Shown one piece after another: positions 15,782-24,006 of a DNA stretch of 53,764 bases. The notes beneath the pieces were generated by a model. The model was given only the letters and a program-made list of their open reading frames with translations, was not told the origin of the DNA and searched no databases. Position 1 is the stretch's first letter, and each line of letters begins with the position of its first letter. Source of the stretch: Pseudomonadota bacterium (GTDB taxonomy: Bacteria; Pseudomonadota; Alphaproteobacteria; Rickettsiales; UBA1997); contig JAZKII010000004.1 in NCBI GenBank assembly GCA_040384945.1, forward strand, positions 12,654 through 66,417. The letters are read 5' to 3'. Position numbers and translations under genes: made by a program.

Positions 15782-17659
15782 ATGCCTAAATATAATCACG
15801 GAATAGATTTTTCTGATATTGCAAGAGCCGCAAAATGCTCTCCTACTCAGGCTATATATGAGCTAGTAGCAAATGGATTTGATGCCATGGCCACTGAAAT
15901 TAAAATTAATTTTGGTAATAACGGTCTAGGTAAAGTTAATAAAATCACAATCAGTGATAATGGTGACGGAATTGATTCTTCAAACTTAGAAACAACTTTT
16001 GCAAAAAAAGGTTACACCAACAAGAACTCTGTCGTTACAAAAAAAGAAAGAGATTTTATTGGATGTAAAGGGGTTGGTAGGTATAGAGCATGGTCGCTAG
16101 GCGATAATGTTACGTGGAAAAGTTATGATAAATTGAATAGTCGGTATCACCAAATCGTAATGGCTGAAGATGGGATAGATTGTGATTTTGTACAAAAAAT
16201 ACCAAATCTGAGAAAAGGAACAATAGCTGAAATTCACAACGATTCCAAAAACTATGATCTAACTGTGGAATCGCTTTATGAAAAGCTATCACAGATGTTT
16301 GCGATCTATATATTGAAATATGGCGTATCAATTAAGGTATCTGGCAATAATGAAACAAAGCCAATTGATAAAAGCACAATTAAAGATCAATTAGAACAGA
16401 AAGACATAACTTTGGATATCAAATATAACGATAAAAAAGTTGTATTGCGCCTTTATTTCTGGAAAAACTCGAAAAAGAAATTTGATACAATTTTTTTATG
16501 CAACCACCATGGATATACCATGGAAGAACGTCCAGAAAAAGCTCCTAACAATATCAGTATTCATATTCTTTGTGAAGAATTCCAAACAGGTTCCGAAATA
16601 TTTAGTCAGGAAATCAATCAAATTATAAAGAATTGCCTACAGCATGCAATGGATTGGAGCGTAGAGCTAGCACAAAAAGTGCATAAGGATAAACTAGATG
16701 ATCTAAAAAATAACGGAATATATCCTTCCGTTAACAATTTAAGCTTAGTAGATGAAACGGAGAAGAATATATTAGAAAGTATGTCGATAATGGTCTCAGA
16801 CTATATTGATATAAACCATGGTAATGCAAAATCTCGAGATAGAAGTAAGTTAATTTTAAGCTTAGCAAACAAGCTGTTGGAGCATGATGTAGAAAGCTTT
16901 ATAAAGGTTGTTCAAGATGTAGTAAAACTTGATAAGCTAGATATAGAAAGAACAAATAATATTTTACAATATACCTCTCTTACAAATTTATTAAATTTGG
17001 GTCGTGAATGCTCGAATAGGTTACTGTGTCTAAAAGGAATTCGCAATATTACGCAAGATGGTGAAAAAATGAAAACCATTAAAGAGAGAACCCACTTGCA
17101 TAAAATTATTGAAAGGAATTGTTGGATTTTTGGCGAAGAATATAATCTTGCCGTCACAGATCAGAATACAACAAACGCGCTAAAAGAGATAATTAAAGAT
17201 GATGTAAAAACTTATGATGATTTGGTGATAGGAGATGTAAAAGATTTTGATGGAAAGATAGGGGTAATCGATTTACTGCTATCTATGCGAAACAACAGAA
17301 ATGAACACCTATTAATAGAATTAAAAAGACCAAGTGTAAAAGTGGGAGAAAAAGCAATACAACAGACGAAAAAATATTGTATGGCTCTTACGAAGCATCA
17401 TAGATGGGAGAAAGGAAGAAAAATTAAAGCAATAGCTGTGTCTACGGATGTTGATGAGTATGGGGAATCCGATAGAGAGAATGAAAATCATCAAGTGGGA
17501 TTTTCTGCTGATTATACCATTCATGTTAAAAAATGGTGTGAGATTCTAAACGAAGCAGAAAGTCGAGTAACCAATTTTCAAAAAGAAGTATTAAATGAAA
17601 TAAATGAGAGCGAGGGATACGCTTATATTAAAGAGCTTCACAAAGATATTTTAGGTTAA
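15782..17659 (+). CDS. GHKL (MORC/HATPase_c-like) ATPase fused to a C-terminal PD-(D/E)xK nuclease
   Basis: ELVANGFDA, ISDNGDGI, GCKGVGRY, GTIAEI; nuclease motif IDLLL..LIELKRP..QTKKY. Confidence 0.85.
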   Translation: MPKYNHGIDFSDIARAAKCSPTQAIYELVANGFDAMATEIKINFGNNGLGKVNKITISDNGDGIDSSNLETTFAKKGYTNKNSVVTKKERDFIGCKGVGRYRAWSLGDNVTWKSYDKLNSRYHQIVMAEDGIDCDFVQKIPNLRKGTIAEIHNDSKNYDLTVESLYEKLSQMFAIYILKYGVSIKVSGNNETKPIDKSTIKDQLEQKDITLDIKYNDKKVVLRLYFWKNSKKKFDTIFLCNHHGYTMEERPEKAPNNISIHILCEEFQTGSEIFSQEINQIIKNCLQHAMDWSVELAQKVHKDKLDDLKNNGIYPSVNNLSLVDETEKNILESMSIMVSDYIDINHGNAKSRDRSKLILSLANKLLEHDVESFIKVVQDVVKLDKLDIERTNNILQYTSLTNLLNLGRECSNRLLCLKGIRNITQDGEKMKTIKERTHLHKIIERNCWIFGEEYNLAVTDQNTTNALKEIIKDDVKTYDDLVIGDVKDFDGKIGVIDLLLSMRNNRNEHLLIELKRPSVKVGEKAIQQTKKYCMALTKHHRWEKGRKIKAIAVSTDVDEYGESDRENENHQVGFSADYTIHVKKWCEILNEAESRVTNFQKEVLNEINESEGYAYIKELHKDILG

Positions 17660-17677
17660 TTCTTTGAAGGAGTAATA

Positions 17678-18892
17678 ATGATTGAGTTTCAGAAAGGGAA
17701 TACAGCTTTATATTTAATATATACATCAGAACGCTTTGATAGCGATGAGAATTGGGCTTCTAAAAAACTAAATGATAAAGAGATAGTAAGGCTTAGAAAG
17801 ACATTTTATCTAGATAAAAGTAAGCTTTCTGCTGATGAAGATTCTATATTTCAAGATGAGTTTGGTTCAGAATCTTTAAAGTTTATAATTGGAAACAGAG
17901 TTGGTGAATATTACCACTTAGATAAGGCTGTGTTATCAATAGAGTTTGATCTTTATATTCACAAAGATGTTCAGCTTGATACTAAATCATTTATAGCTGT
18001 AAGGGACACTTCAATTTTTAGAAAAATTAATCGATTAAGTCCGAAAGAGATTTATATAGGAGGAAATGCTTACGGCAATTTACCTGAAAATAAATTTAAA
18101 GAGTTAATCAAATCATTTCCTAACAGCTCAGAGTTAGATAAGTATGTATCAGCACGATTAACCACTACTTTAAGAGACCACCTTGATTTAAAGTTTGATG
18201 GAGAAAAGTCATATAATAATTATATGGAATGGAAGGTTTCTACGCATCGTAGCACTTTACCTCAGATGTTTAATCACAATGAATTAGAAAAATATTCTAT
18301 TCTGTTGGATAGGTTAAAAGAAATGCTTTCCAATCAAGACGGTTATGTTGAAGGACAATGGCAAGAGGAAATATCCCAATTCATTCTTTTACTTTATCCC
18401 AAATATATAAAAGTTTTCAAAGAAGTTCCAATCAAGGATACACGAGGCGTAAAGAGAAGAATCGACCTGCTTCTGTTAGATTCAGATGGAAACGTTGATA
18501 TTATTGAGATCAAAAAGCCATTTGATAGATGTATAGTTACCGAAGGTCTTTATAGAGATAACCATATTCCTCTTAGAGAATTATCAGGGACTATCATGCA
18601 AATAGAAAAGTATATATTTTGGCTTAACAAGGCAGGGCAATCAGCAGAGGATAAACTAAATACTGAATATAAGGATTGGTTACCACATGGATTAAAAATC
18701 AAAATAACTAACCCTAGTGGTATGATTATAATGGGTAGATCTTCAAAACTCACTCATGAACAAAAAGAGGATTTTGAGATAATAAAAAGAAAATACAAAA
18801 ATGTTGTGGATGTGATTACCTACGATGATTTGCTCAATAGGTTAGAAGTGATGATAGAAAAATTTAAAACGAATTTAAAAACACAAAAATAA
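17678..18892 (+). CDS. sduA: Shedu anti-phage nuclease SduA (DUF4263)
   Basis: E.QWQ, RIDLLLLD, IIEIKKP, ELSGTIMQIEKY, IIMGRS, VITYDDLL; RBS GAAGGAG upstream. Confidence 0.85.
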   Translation: MIEFQKGNTALYLIYTSERFDSDENWASKKLNDKEIVRLRKTFYLDKSKLSADEDSIFQDEFGSESLKFIIGNRVGEYYHLDKAVLSIEFDLYIHKDVQLDTKSFIAVRDTSIFRKINRLSPKEIYIGGNAYGNLPENKFKELIKSFPNSSELDKYVSARLTTTLRDHLDLKFDGEKSYNNYMEWKVSTHRSTLPQMFNHNELEKYSILLDRLKEMLSNQDGYVEGQWQEEISQFILLLYPKYIKVFKEVPIKDTRGVKRRIDLLLLDSDGNVDIIEIKKPFDRCIVTEGLYRDNHIPLRELSGTIMQIEKYIFWLNKAGQSAEDKLNTEYKDWLPHGLKIKITNPSGMIIMGRSSKLTHEQKEDFEIIKRKYKNVVDVITYDDLLNRLEVMIEKFKTNLKTQK

Positions 18893-19022
18893 TTCACGTT
18901 TGTTGAGTAAATTTCTTTCAAAAAGAAAAATACTATAGCTGGAAATAGATACAAATACACACCAGCCGAGGCCGAATTCTAATTTGATGATTTTTGTGAA
19001 ATGAGCTTAGCTCTGATGGAGA

Positions 19023-19045
19023 TGGTTGCGGGGGCTGGATTTGAA
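19023..19045 (-). repeat. att site: displaced 3' fragment of tRNA-fMet
   Basis: Identical to 43708-43730 (T-loop to CCA). Confidence 0.95.
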
Positions 19046-19097
19046 ATATGACACTTCAAGCCTTGCCAGTAAAGGATTTAACCTTTTTTGATTCTGA

Positions 19098-19126
19098 TTT
19101 GTACATTGTTTTGTACATGAAAAAAT
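19098..19126 (+). promoter_or_regulatory. Putative integrase arm-type sites (left end)
   Basis: TTTGTACAT twice at 12-bp period then GAAAAAA; near-identical block at 43571-43598. Confidence 0.7.
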
Positions 19127-19181
19127 AAATGCTTACCTTACTCGAGGAAGAGTTTTATTTTAGCACAAAAAATTTACTAAA

Positions 19182-20534
19182 ATGTCAAAAGGAAAAACCG
19201 TAATTACTCTTGGTGCAGGTGGCGCCAAAGATATAGGAATGCCGCTTGGAAGCGAATTGCATGATAAAATCTGCCAACTTGATGTCAATCTTGTTGCAGC
19301 TCTTTTGTATCAAAGCTTAAAGAAAAGAGCGGAACAATTTTTTAAAAAGCATCCTGAGGTAAAAAGTAGTGGCTTAGGTAGCTATAGTGTTGATGGTTTT
19401 ATCAAGTGTTACCTATCTTTCTTGATTGGAAAATATCAGCACGCCTACTTAGAAAAAAAACGCGAAACCGCTATAGATCAAGATTTGTTCGAAAAGATCC
19501 GTGACGAGATAATGAAGTTAGCACCAACTGACTTATTTTTCAGAGAAAATTTTTTGAATTTTGGCAAAAAAAATAAATTGATAGAAGAATTTCTTGAAGA
19601 AGATCTTGTCGGCACAGAGCCGGATGTAGAAAAGGCTTTATCGCAATGTCCGGAATATGAGGCATTTAGTTGCGCTGCCAAAATTGCTAGGGAGAATTGC
19701 CGTAGTAGCGTTGATGTTCTTTTGTCCCATATAATCAAAGACAAAATTATTTTGCCGCCTTTTGTAGAAAAAGATAAAGTGGTCACATACATAAAAAAGC
19801 TTGTGGCTTTTTCCATCTTGTGCCTCGAGAACAATTTAAGCCTCAGCGGGGTTAATAACTGGTACCACGTCTTATCCGAAGCTATAGTGAATCGCGATAA
19901 TTTGGATGATATAACTATCATTTGCTTCAACTACGATAGGACACTTGATGAGTTTTTGAACAAACATCTTCCCCATCAATATCGTGAAGAAATAAAAAAG
20001 AGAATAATCTACCCTTACGGATCGCTATCTGAAGTTGAAAATGCATGTCCCGACTGTAAATTCGGGTGGCTTAATGATGCGTTAAAATATGCCGTTGGAA
20101 TTGACGGTCATGATGGTAGAATTCGTTTCGATTATAAAGGTTTGGACCTTTTATATAATTTTATTACCGATGCAGCTGAAGCAGGAAAGCCATGTTTGGC
20201 TAGTTTTGCAAAATGCATTAAAACTATTGGTGAAGATGATCAGTACACTAAGGAGCGATTTGCCTTAGCAAAACAAGAAATAAGTAGCGCTAACAGGCTC
20301 TACTTTATTGGTTTTGGGTTTATTGAAGAAAACTGCGCTAATCTTGGTCTGGAAAGCGTAATGTCTAATAAAAACAAAATCATTTTCTATACTAATTACA
20401 AAGGTTTAGAAGAAAGAATAGCTAGGTATATTAAAATGCCGCACGGTGTCTCTGATAGAGAGGAAGATAAATGCCGCATCAAGTCCTATGGAAATATAAA
20501 AGATGCGCTTAGAAGTAGTTTTGACCCGATTTAA
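19182..20534 (+). CDS. SIR2-like (sirtuin/AbiH-type fold) protein, putative NADase defence effector
   Basis: VITLGAGGAKDIGMPLGSEL, ICFNYDRTLD, IIYPYGSL, LYFIGFGF..EN. Confidence 0.75.
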   Translation: MSKGKTVITLGAGGAKDIGMPLGSELHDKICQLDVNLVAALLYQSLKKRAEQFFKKHPEVKSSGLGSYSVDGFIKCYLSFLIGKYQHAYLEKKRETAIDQDLFEKIRDEIMKLAPTDLFFRENFLNFGKKNKLIEEFLEEDLVGTEPDVEKALSQCPEYEAFSCAAKIARENCRSSVDVLLSHIIKDKIILPPFVEKDKVVTYIKKLVAFSILCLENNLSLSGVNNWYHVLSEAIVNRDNLDDITIICFNYDRTLDEFLNKHLPHQYREEIKKRIIYPYGSLSEVENACPDCKFGWLNDALKYAVGIDGHDGRIRFDYKGLDLLYNFITDAAEAGKPCLASFAKCIKTIGEDDQYTKERFALAKQEISSANRLYFIGFGFIEENCANLGLESVMSNKNKIIFYTNYKGLEERIARYIKMPHGVSDREEDKCRIKSYGNIKDALRSSFDPI

Positions 20535-20653
20535 AGTAGGTTTTAAGTGGAGGAAAATTTATTACTGGCACAGATTTTCTTAATCTTTCTTCAAAACTTC
20601 ACCCCCCATCCCGAAATTCGATTTTGACCCCCCTGGCTTACCTATTTGGCATC

Positions 20654-20692
20654 AAAATCTGGGGACAGTATACTAATTTAATTGCCCCAGAT
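20654..20692 (+). repeat. GGGGACAG-type site (copy 2) inside an ATCTGGGG..CCCCAGAT palindrome
   Basis: AAAATCTGGGGACAGTATACTAATTTAATTGCCCCAGAT. Confidence 0.65.
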
Positions 20693-20722
20693 GACTAGAT
20701 AAAAATTGGAAAGTGCCATGGG

Positions 20723-20807
20723 AATAACTGATACTATAATATCAGTTATTACCAATTTAAGGACACAACTGATACAATAATATCTTTTATTAGCGATAGC
20801 CTGATAA
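20723..20807. promoter_or_regulatory. Tandem 28-bp dyad sites (res-like or recombinase/repressor binding)
   Basis: Perfect AATAACTGATA-CTATAA-TATCAGTTATT (20723-20750), degenerate copy 20764-20791, TTATTAG-N7-CTGATAA at 20787-20807. Confidence 0.55.
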
Positions 20808-22061
20808 CTAAATTTTGTTCGCTCTCTCCAAATCTTCATGCTCAAAGGCCGAAGACATACGATCTATTTCTTTTTTACGTAAATCAAAATTCTTGGCTAC
20901 TTCACGCCACTTAAGTACCGATTTTGCAACTTCTCCGATAACTTTATTTGCTTCATTTTTATTTAATCTGAAGCTCTCAGCAACAGATAATGCTGTTTCT
21001 AAAGAGGCGGAATCGTTATTAAAATCGATTGCAGTCGTTAGAATTCTGGGCTTTATTTCAGTTGGTGTTGGATTGAGATCGTAGGCAGGAGAAAGGCGCC
21101 AACCTTTTTGATTTTCGTAGAGAAACCCGTGATTGCGTAGGTGATCATCCGTATTTGAAATCAATACATTAAAAACTATGCGGCGCCATAGTTGCTTCAT
21201 ATCTTCATCTGGAGCTGCTCCGAATTGCGATAAAGCATCAGCAATTTCGAGATAGCTATGTTGTTCATTATCTCGTGCTTGCAGCATGCTCATAGCCGAA
21301 AGAAAAGGAACGCGGATTTTTTTGATTCGGTCAAAACGTTTAACAATCAAAACCGGCTTTTTGTTAATTTCTTCTAAGCTAAATGAAGGTGTTGTGATGC
21401 CGGAATTTTTTGCTAGAGTTAGTGCTACTGCTTCCCATTTTTCCACTTCAAATCCGTCATCTTTTCTTGGAAATTTAGCAATTGCTAGATTTCCATTTTT
21501 ATCAAGTACTGACGATTTAGGACGCGCGCCGCCAAGAGATGATCCGGGAGCTAAAAGTAATTTTAGGTCTTCTGAATTTTCCTTATCGTCAATAAACTTA
21601 TCCGAAGCCGCGAGGAGTTTTGGTAAATCAATTAGCGGAGGAATAGAGTGTTTGTCTTTGGGGCTTAAAAACTCGCCATCAATTTTTTCAGAGAAGCGAA
21701 GAGCGCCTTGACGCAACTCATCACTTACACCAAGCAGATAATCAGCCTCACTCAAACTACGAGCTGTTTCTTTTTCATTTGTTGCACGCTTTGATTCTGC
21801 TCTTCGCATTAAAACTCTTCCCCAGCGGTCAGGCGCAGAATCACCAACTGCACCAAAAATATCTTGATCTAGGCCAGTATGAAATACACCCTCGGTGAGC
21901 TTCAAAGCTGGTTCAAGCGCAAATCTCTCGGGGTGAGTTAGCCAGCTTCGATCATACTCAAAAGAAGCACTCTCTTTACCTCTTTTGGAGTGAAACCAAA
22001 GTCTGCCAATAAAAATATTATTTTCGCCTAAAGCGATGTGGACAAAAATCTCTCTACTCAT
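20808..22061 (-). CDS. hipA: HipA family kinase toxin
   Basis: SLGGARPK, IAKFP, KRFDR, NTDDHLRNHGF, LSPAYDLNP, with an N-terminal coupling domain. Confidence 0.93.
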   Translation of the reverse strand: MSREIFVHIALGENNIFIGRLWFHSKRGKESASFEYDRSWLTHPERFALEPALKLTEGVFHTGLDQDIFGAVGDSAPDRWGRVLMRRAESKRATNEKETARSLSEADYLLGVSDELRQGALRFSEKIDGEFLSPKDKHSIPPLIDLPKLLAASDKFIDDKENSEDLKLLLAPGSSLGGARPKSSVLDKNGNLAIAKFPRKDDGFEVEKWEAVALTLAKNSGITTPSFSLEEINKKPVLIVKRFDRIKKIRVPFLSAMSMLQARDNEQHSYLEIADALSQFGAAPDEDMKQLWRRIVFNVLISNTDDHLRNHGFLYENQKGWRLSPAYDLNPTPTEIKPRILTTAIDFNNDSASLETALSVAESFRLNKNEANKVIGEVAKSVLKWREVAKNFDLRKKEIDRMSSAFEHEDLERANKI

Positions 22062-22386
22062 TTGTTATTATTGTTATTTTTCTTGGTCTAATTCGCTTAG
22101 GCAAATTCTCCTCATCAATTTGTCTCCCTACTAGATCATGACTGGAATCGACTAAATCAGAAATTCTACTTGTCATACCAAGCACAAACAAAACTGATGC
22201 ATAGTTGCCCATTGATGTTGTTGGATCACCTTTTTCAATTTTTGCTAAGGTTCTGCGAGATATTCCAGAGCGCTCCGCCATTAACTCAGTTGCAATACGG
22301 CGGCGACGACGAGCCTCAGAAATATCCTGACCAACTTTGCGTAAAGCTTTACTTATAGGAAGTGGTAAGTGAGATGGATTTTTCAT
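22054..22386 (-). CDS. XRE-HTH antitoxin (HipB-like)
   Basis: ARRRRRI..ELMAERSGISRRTLAKIEKGDP; overlaps the hipA start by 8 bp. Confidence 0.88.
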   Translation of the reverse strand: MKNPSHLPLPISKALRKVGQDISEARRRRRIATELMAERSGISRRTLAKIEKGDPTTSMGNYASVLFVLGMTSRISDLVDSSHDLVGRQIDEENLPKRIRPRKITIITNE

Positions 22387-22393
22387 AAGAAAT

Positions 22394-22446
22394 AAAGTGT
22401 TATAAAGTATGCAATATATGTTATATTGTGCATTGTATAACTCTTT
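22394..22446. promoter_or_regulatory. Nested inverted repeat upstream of the hipBA-like operon (likely operator)
   Basis: AAAGTGTTATA..GCAATATA-TGT-TATATTGT..TATAACTCTTT. Confidence 0.5.
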
Positions 22447-22606
22447 ATAGCTTATTTACAAGAAAATCAATTAAGGAACAAAAGTAGATAGATATACAGC
22501 TAATTTGAGATGATTTATGATCTTATCATCTTCCATTCTTTCGAGTAAGAATAGTTTTTTAGGGAGTTTAATTGCTGAGAATTTAAATATCTGTTACAGT
22601 CCTACT

Positions 22607-23191
22607 ATGGTTAGCGACCAAATTTTAAGAAAAATAAAATCTAAAAAGAGAGGATGGGTATTTTGTGCCAAGGATTTTAGTGGCATTAGTCCTAGAAATT
22701 CTATCTATAAAGTTTTGTCTAGAATGGCTGGTAATAATGCTATTGATGATAACGGTAAAATAATCAGACTTATTAGAGGAATTTATTACTATCCAATTTT
22801 GCAAGCAGGCATAGGCATCATTCCGCCAGATCTGAATGTAGTTGCTGGAGCTCTTGCTCGAAATTCTGGTATTAGGATTTATCCATCGGGTGCTTTATCG
22901 GCTAATATACTGGGTCTTTCAAATCAGGTGCCAGTGCAGAATGTTTATTGGACACATGGCAAATCTATGACTAAGCATTTTGGTAAAAATGCGATCCATT
23001 TTAAGCATATTAGAATTAATCCAGCACCAAATACTCCAATAGCGGCGGTGATGGTTTTGAATGCCTTGAGTTATATCGGAAAAGATGCAGTGGATGATTC
23101 TGTTATAAAGAAATGCAGCAAAATTTTGAACAATGTTGATAAAAAATCTTTGCAGAAAATGTCTTCTGAAGTTTTTGCTTGGATTTATTAA
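22607..23191 (+). CDS. DUF6088 / AbiEi-like antitoxin-type regulator (no partner present)
   Basis: GWVF..KDF, IYKVLSRM, RLIRGIYYYP, SANILGLSNQVP; start placed at ATG 22607. Confidence 0.75.
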   Translation: MVSDQILRKIKSKKRGWVFCAKDFSGISPRNSIYKVLSRMAGNNAIDDNGKIIRLIRGIYYYPILQAGIGIIPPDLNVVAGALARNSGIRIYPSGALSANILGLSNQVPVQNVYWTHGKSMTKHFGKNAIHFKHIRINPAPNTPIAAVMVLNALSYIGKDAVDDSVIKKCSKILNNVDKKSLQKMSSEVFAWIY

Positions 23192-23253
23192 GTTATTCGA
23201 ATTTTTTTTCTGAACTGAGGAAGGTTAGGTTCAGTAGCTTTCTTTACTATTTA

Positions 23254-24006
23254 TCATTCGGCTTTTAATAGCCTGTTCAAGTTAGAAACTACCTGCTTTC
23301 GTGCATCTTCTACACTGATATTCCAAAGAAAACTTAATTTCTCAATTGCGGCAGCAGTGTCCCAAGGCATAAGTGGCTTACCATTTTTTTTTGTAAACGG
23401 GCCATCAGTTTCGGTTAAAATTTTGTCCCGGGGAATTAGTAGAGCCAACTCATATCCTTTTTTAGTTTCCAACATTGAGGGGCCTATGCTAAACCAACAA
23501 CCAATCGAAACAGCTCGTTTTAAATCTTTCTGGGTTCCAGAAAACCAGTGTAATATTGCTGTTCCAGCATCACTATGATGTTCGAGAGCATCCAATACTT
23601 CCTTTGATGCTCTACGAGAGTGTAAGCTAATAATGCGACCACCTTCTCTTGCGCAGGTTTGTAGAATTTTGTGCAGTACTGTTTTTTGCAACTCCATACC
23701 ACTCAAGTATTCTGGAGAACCGTCTAAGCCAATTTCTCCCACATAGCGCGTTTGAGGGATCATGCTGCAAAGCATATCTACTTCATGATGATATTGGTGA
23801 ATAACTTGTGGATGCAGTCCTAAAGCCGCTCTCACATATTTAGTAGATTGAGCTAACTCATTATTTTTTTTCCATGCTCTAGGAGTTGTGGTTACTGCTA
23901 AAGTATATATTTTTCGGCGTTCACATTCATTAATGATATCGGAAAAGTTTGGATAAAGATCCAAATGACAATGAAAATCTACTAAATTAGCTGCTGATTT
24001 ATCCAT
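23254..24006 (-). CDS. qatD: Qat system TatD-family nuclease QatD
   Basis: DFHCHLDLYP, ALGLHP, VGEIGLDG, SLHSRRA, LHWFSG, LTETDGPF; ATG 24006 overlaps the qatC stop. Confidence 0.93.
   Translation of the reverse strand: MDKSAANLVDFHCHLDLYPNFSDIINECERRKIYTLAVTTTPRAWKKNNELAQSTKYVRAALGLHPQVIHQYHHEVDMLCSMIPQTRYVGEIGLDGSPEYLSGMELQKTVLHKILQTCAREGGRIISLHSRRASKEVLDALEHHSDAGTAILHWFSGTQKDLKRAVSIGCWFSIGPSMLETKKGYELALLIPRDKILTETDGPFTKKNGKPLMPWDTAAAIEKLSFLWNISVEDARKQVVSNLNRLLKAE

Noticed and set aside
20723-20750. Chromosomal dif site
   Set aside because: Right length, but perfectly symmetric and unlike the XerC/XerD arm consensus; it lies inside an island
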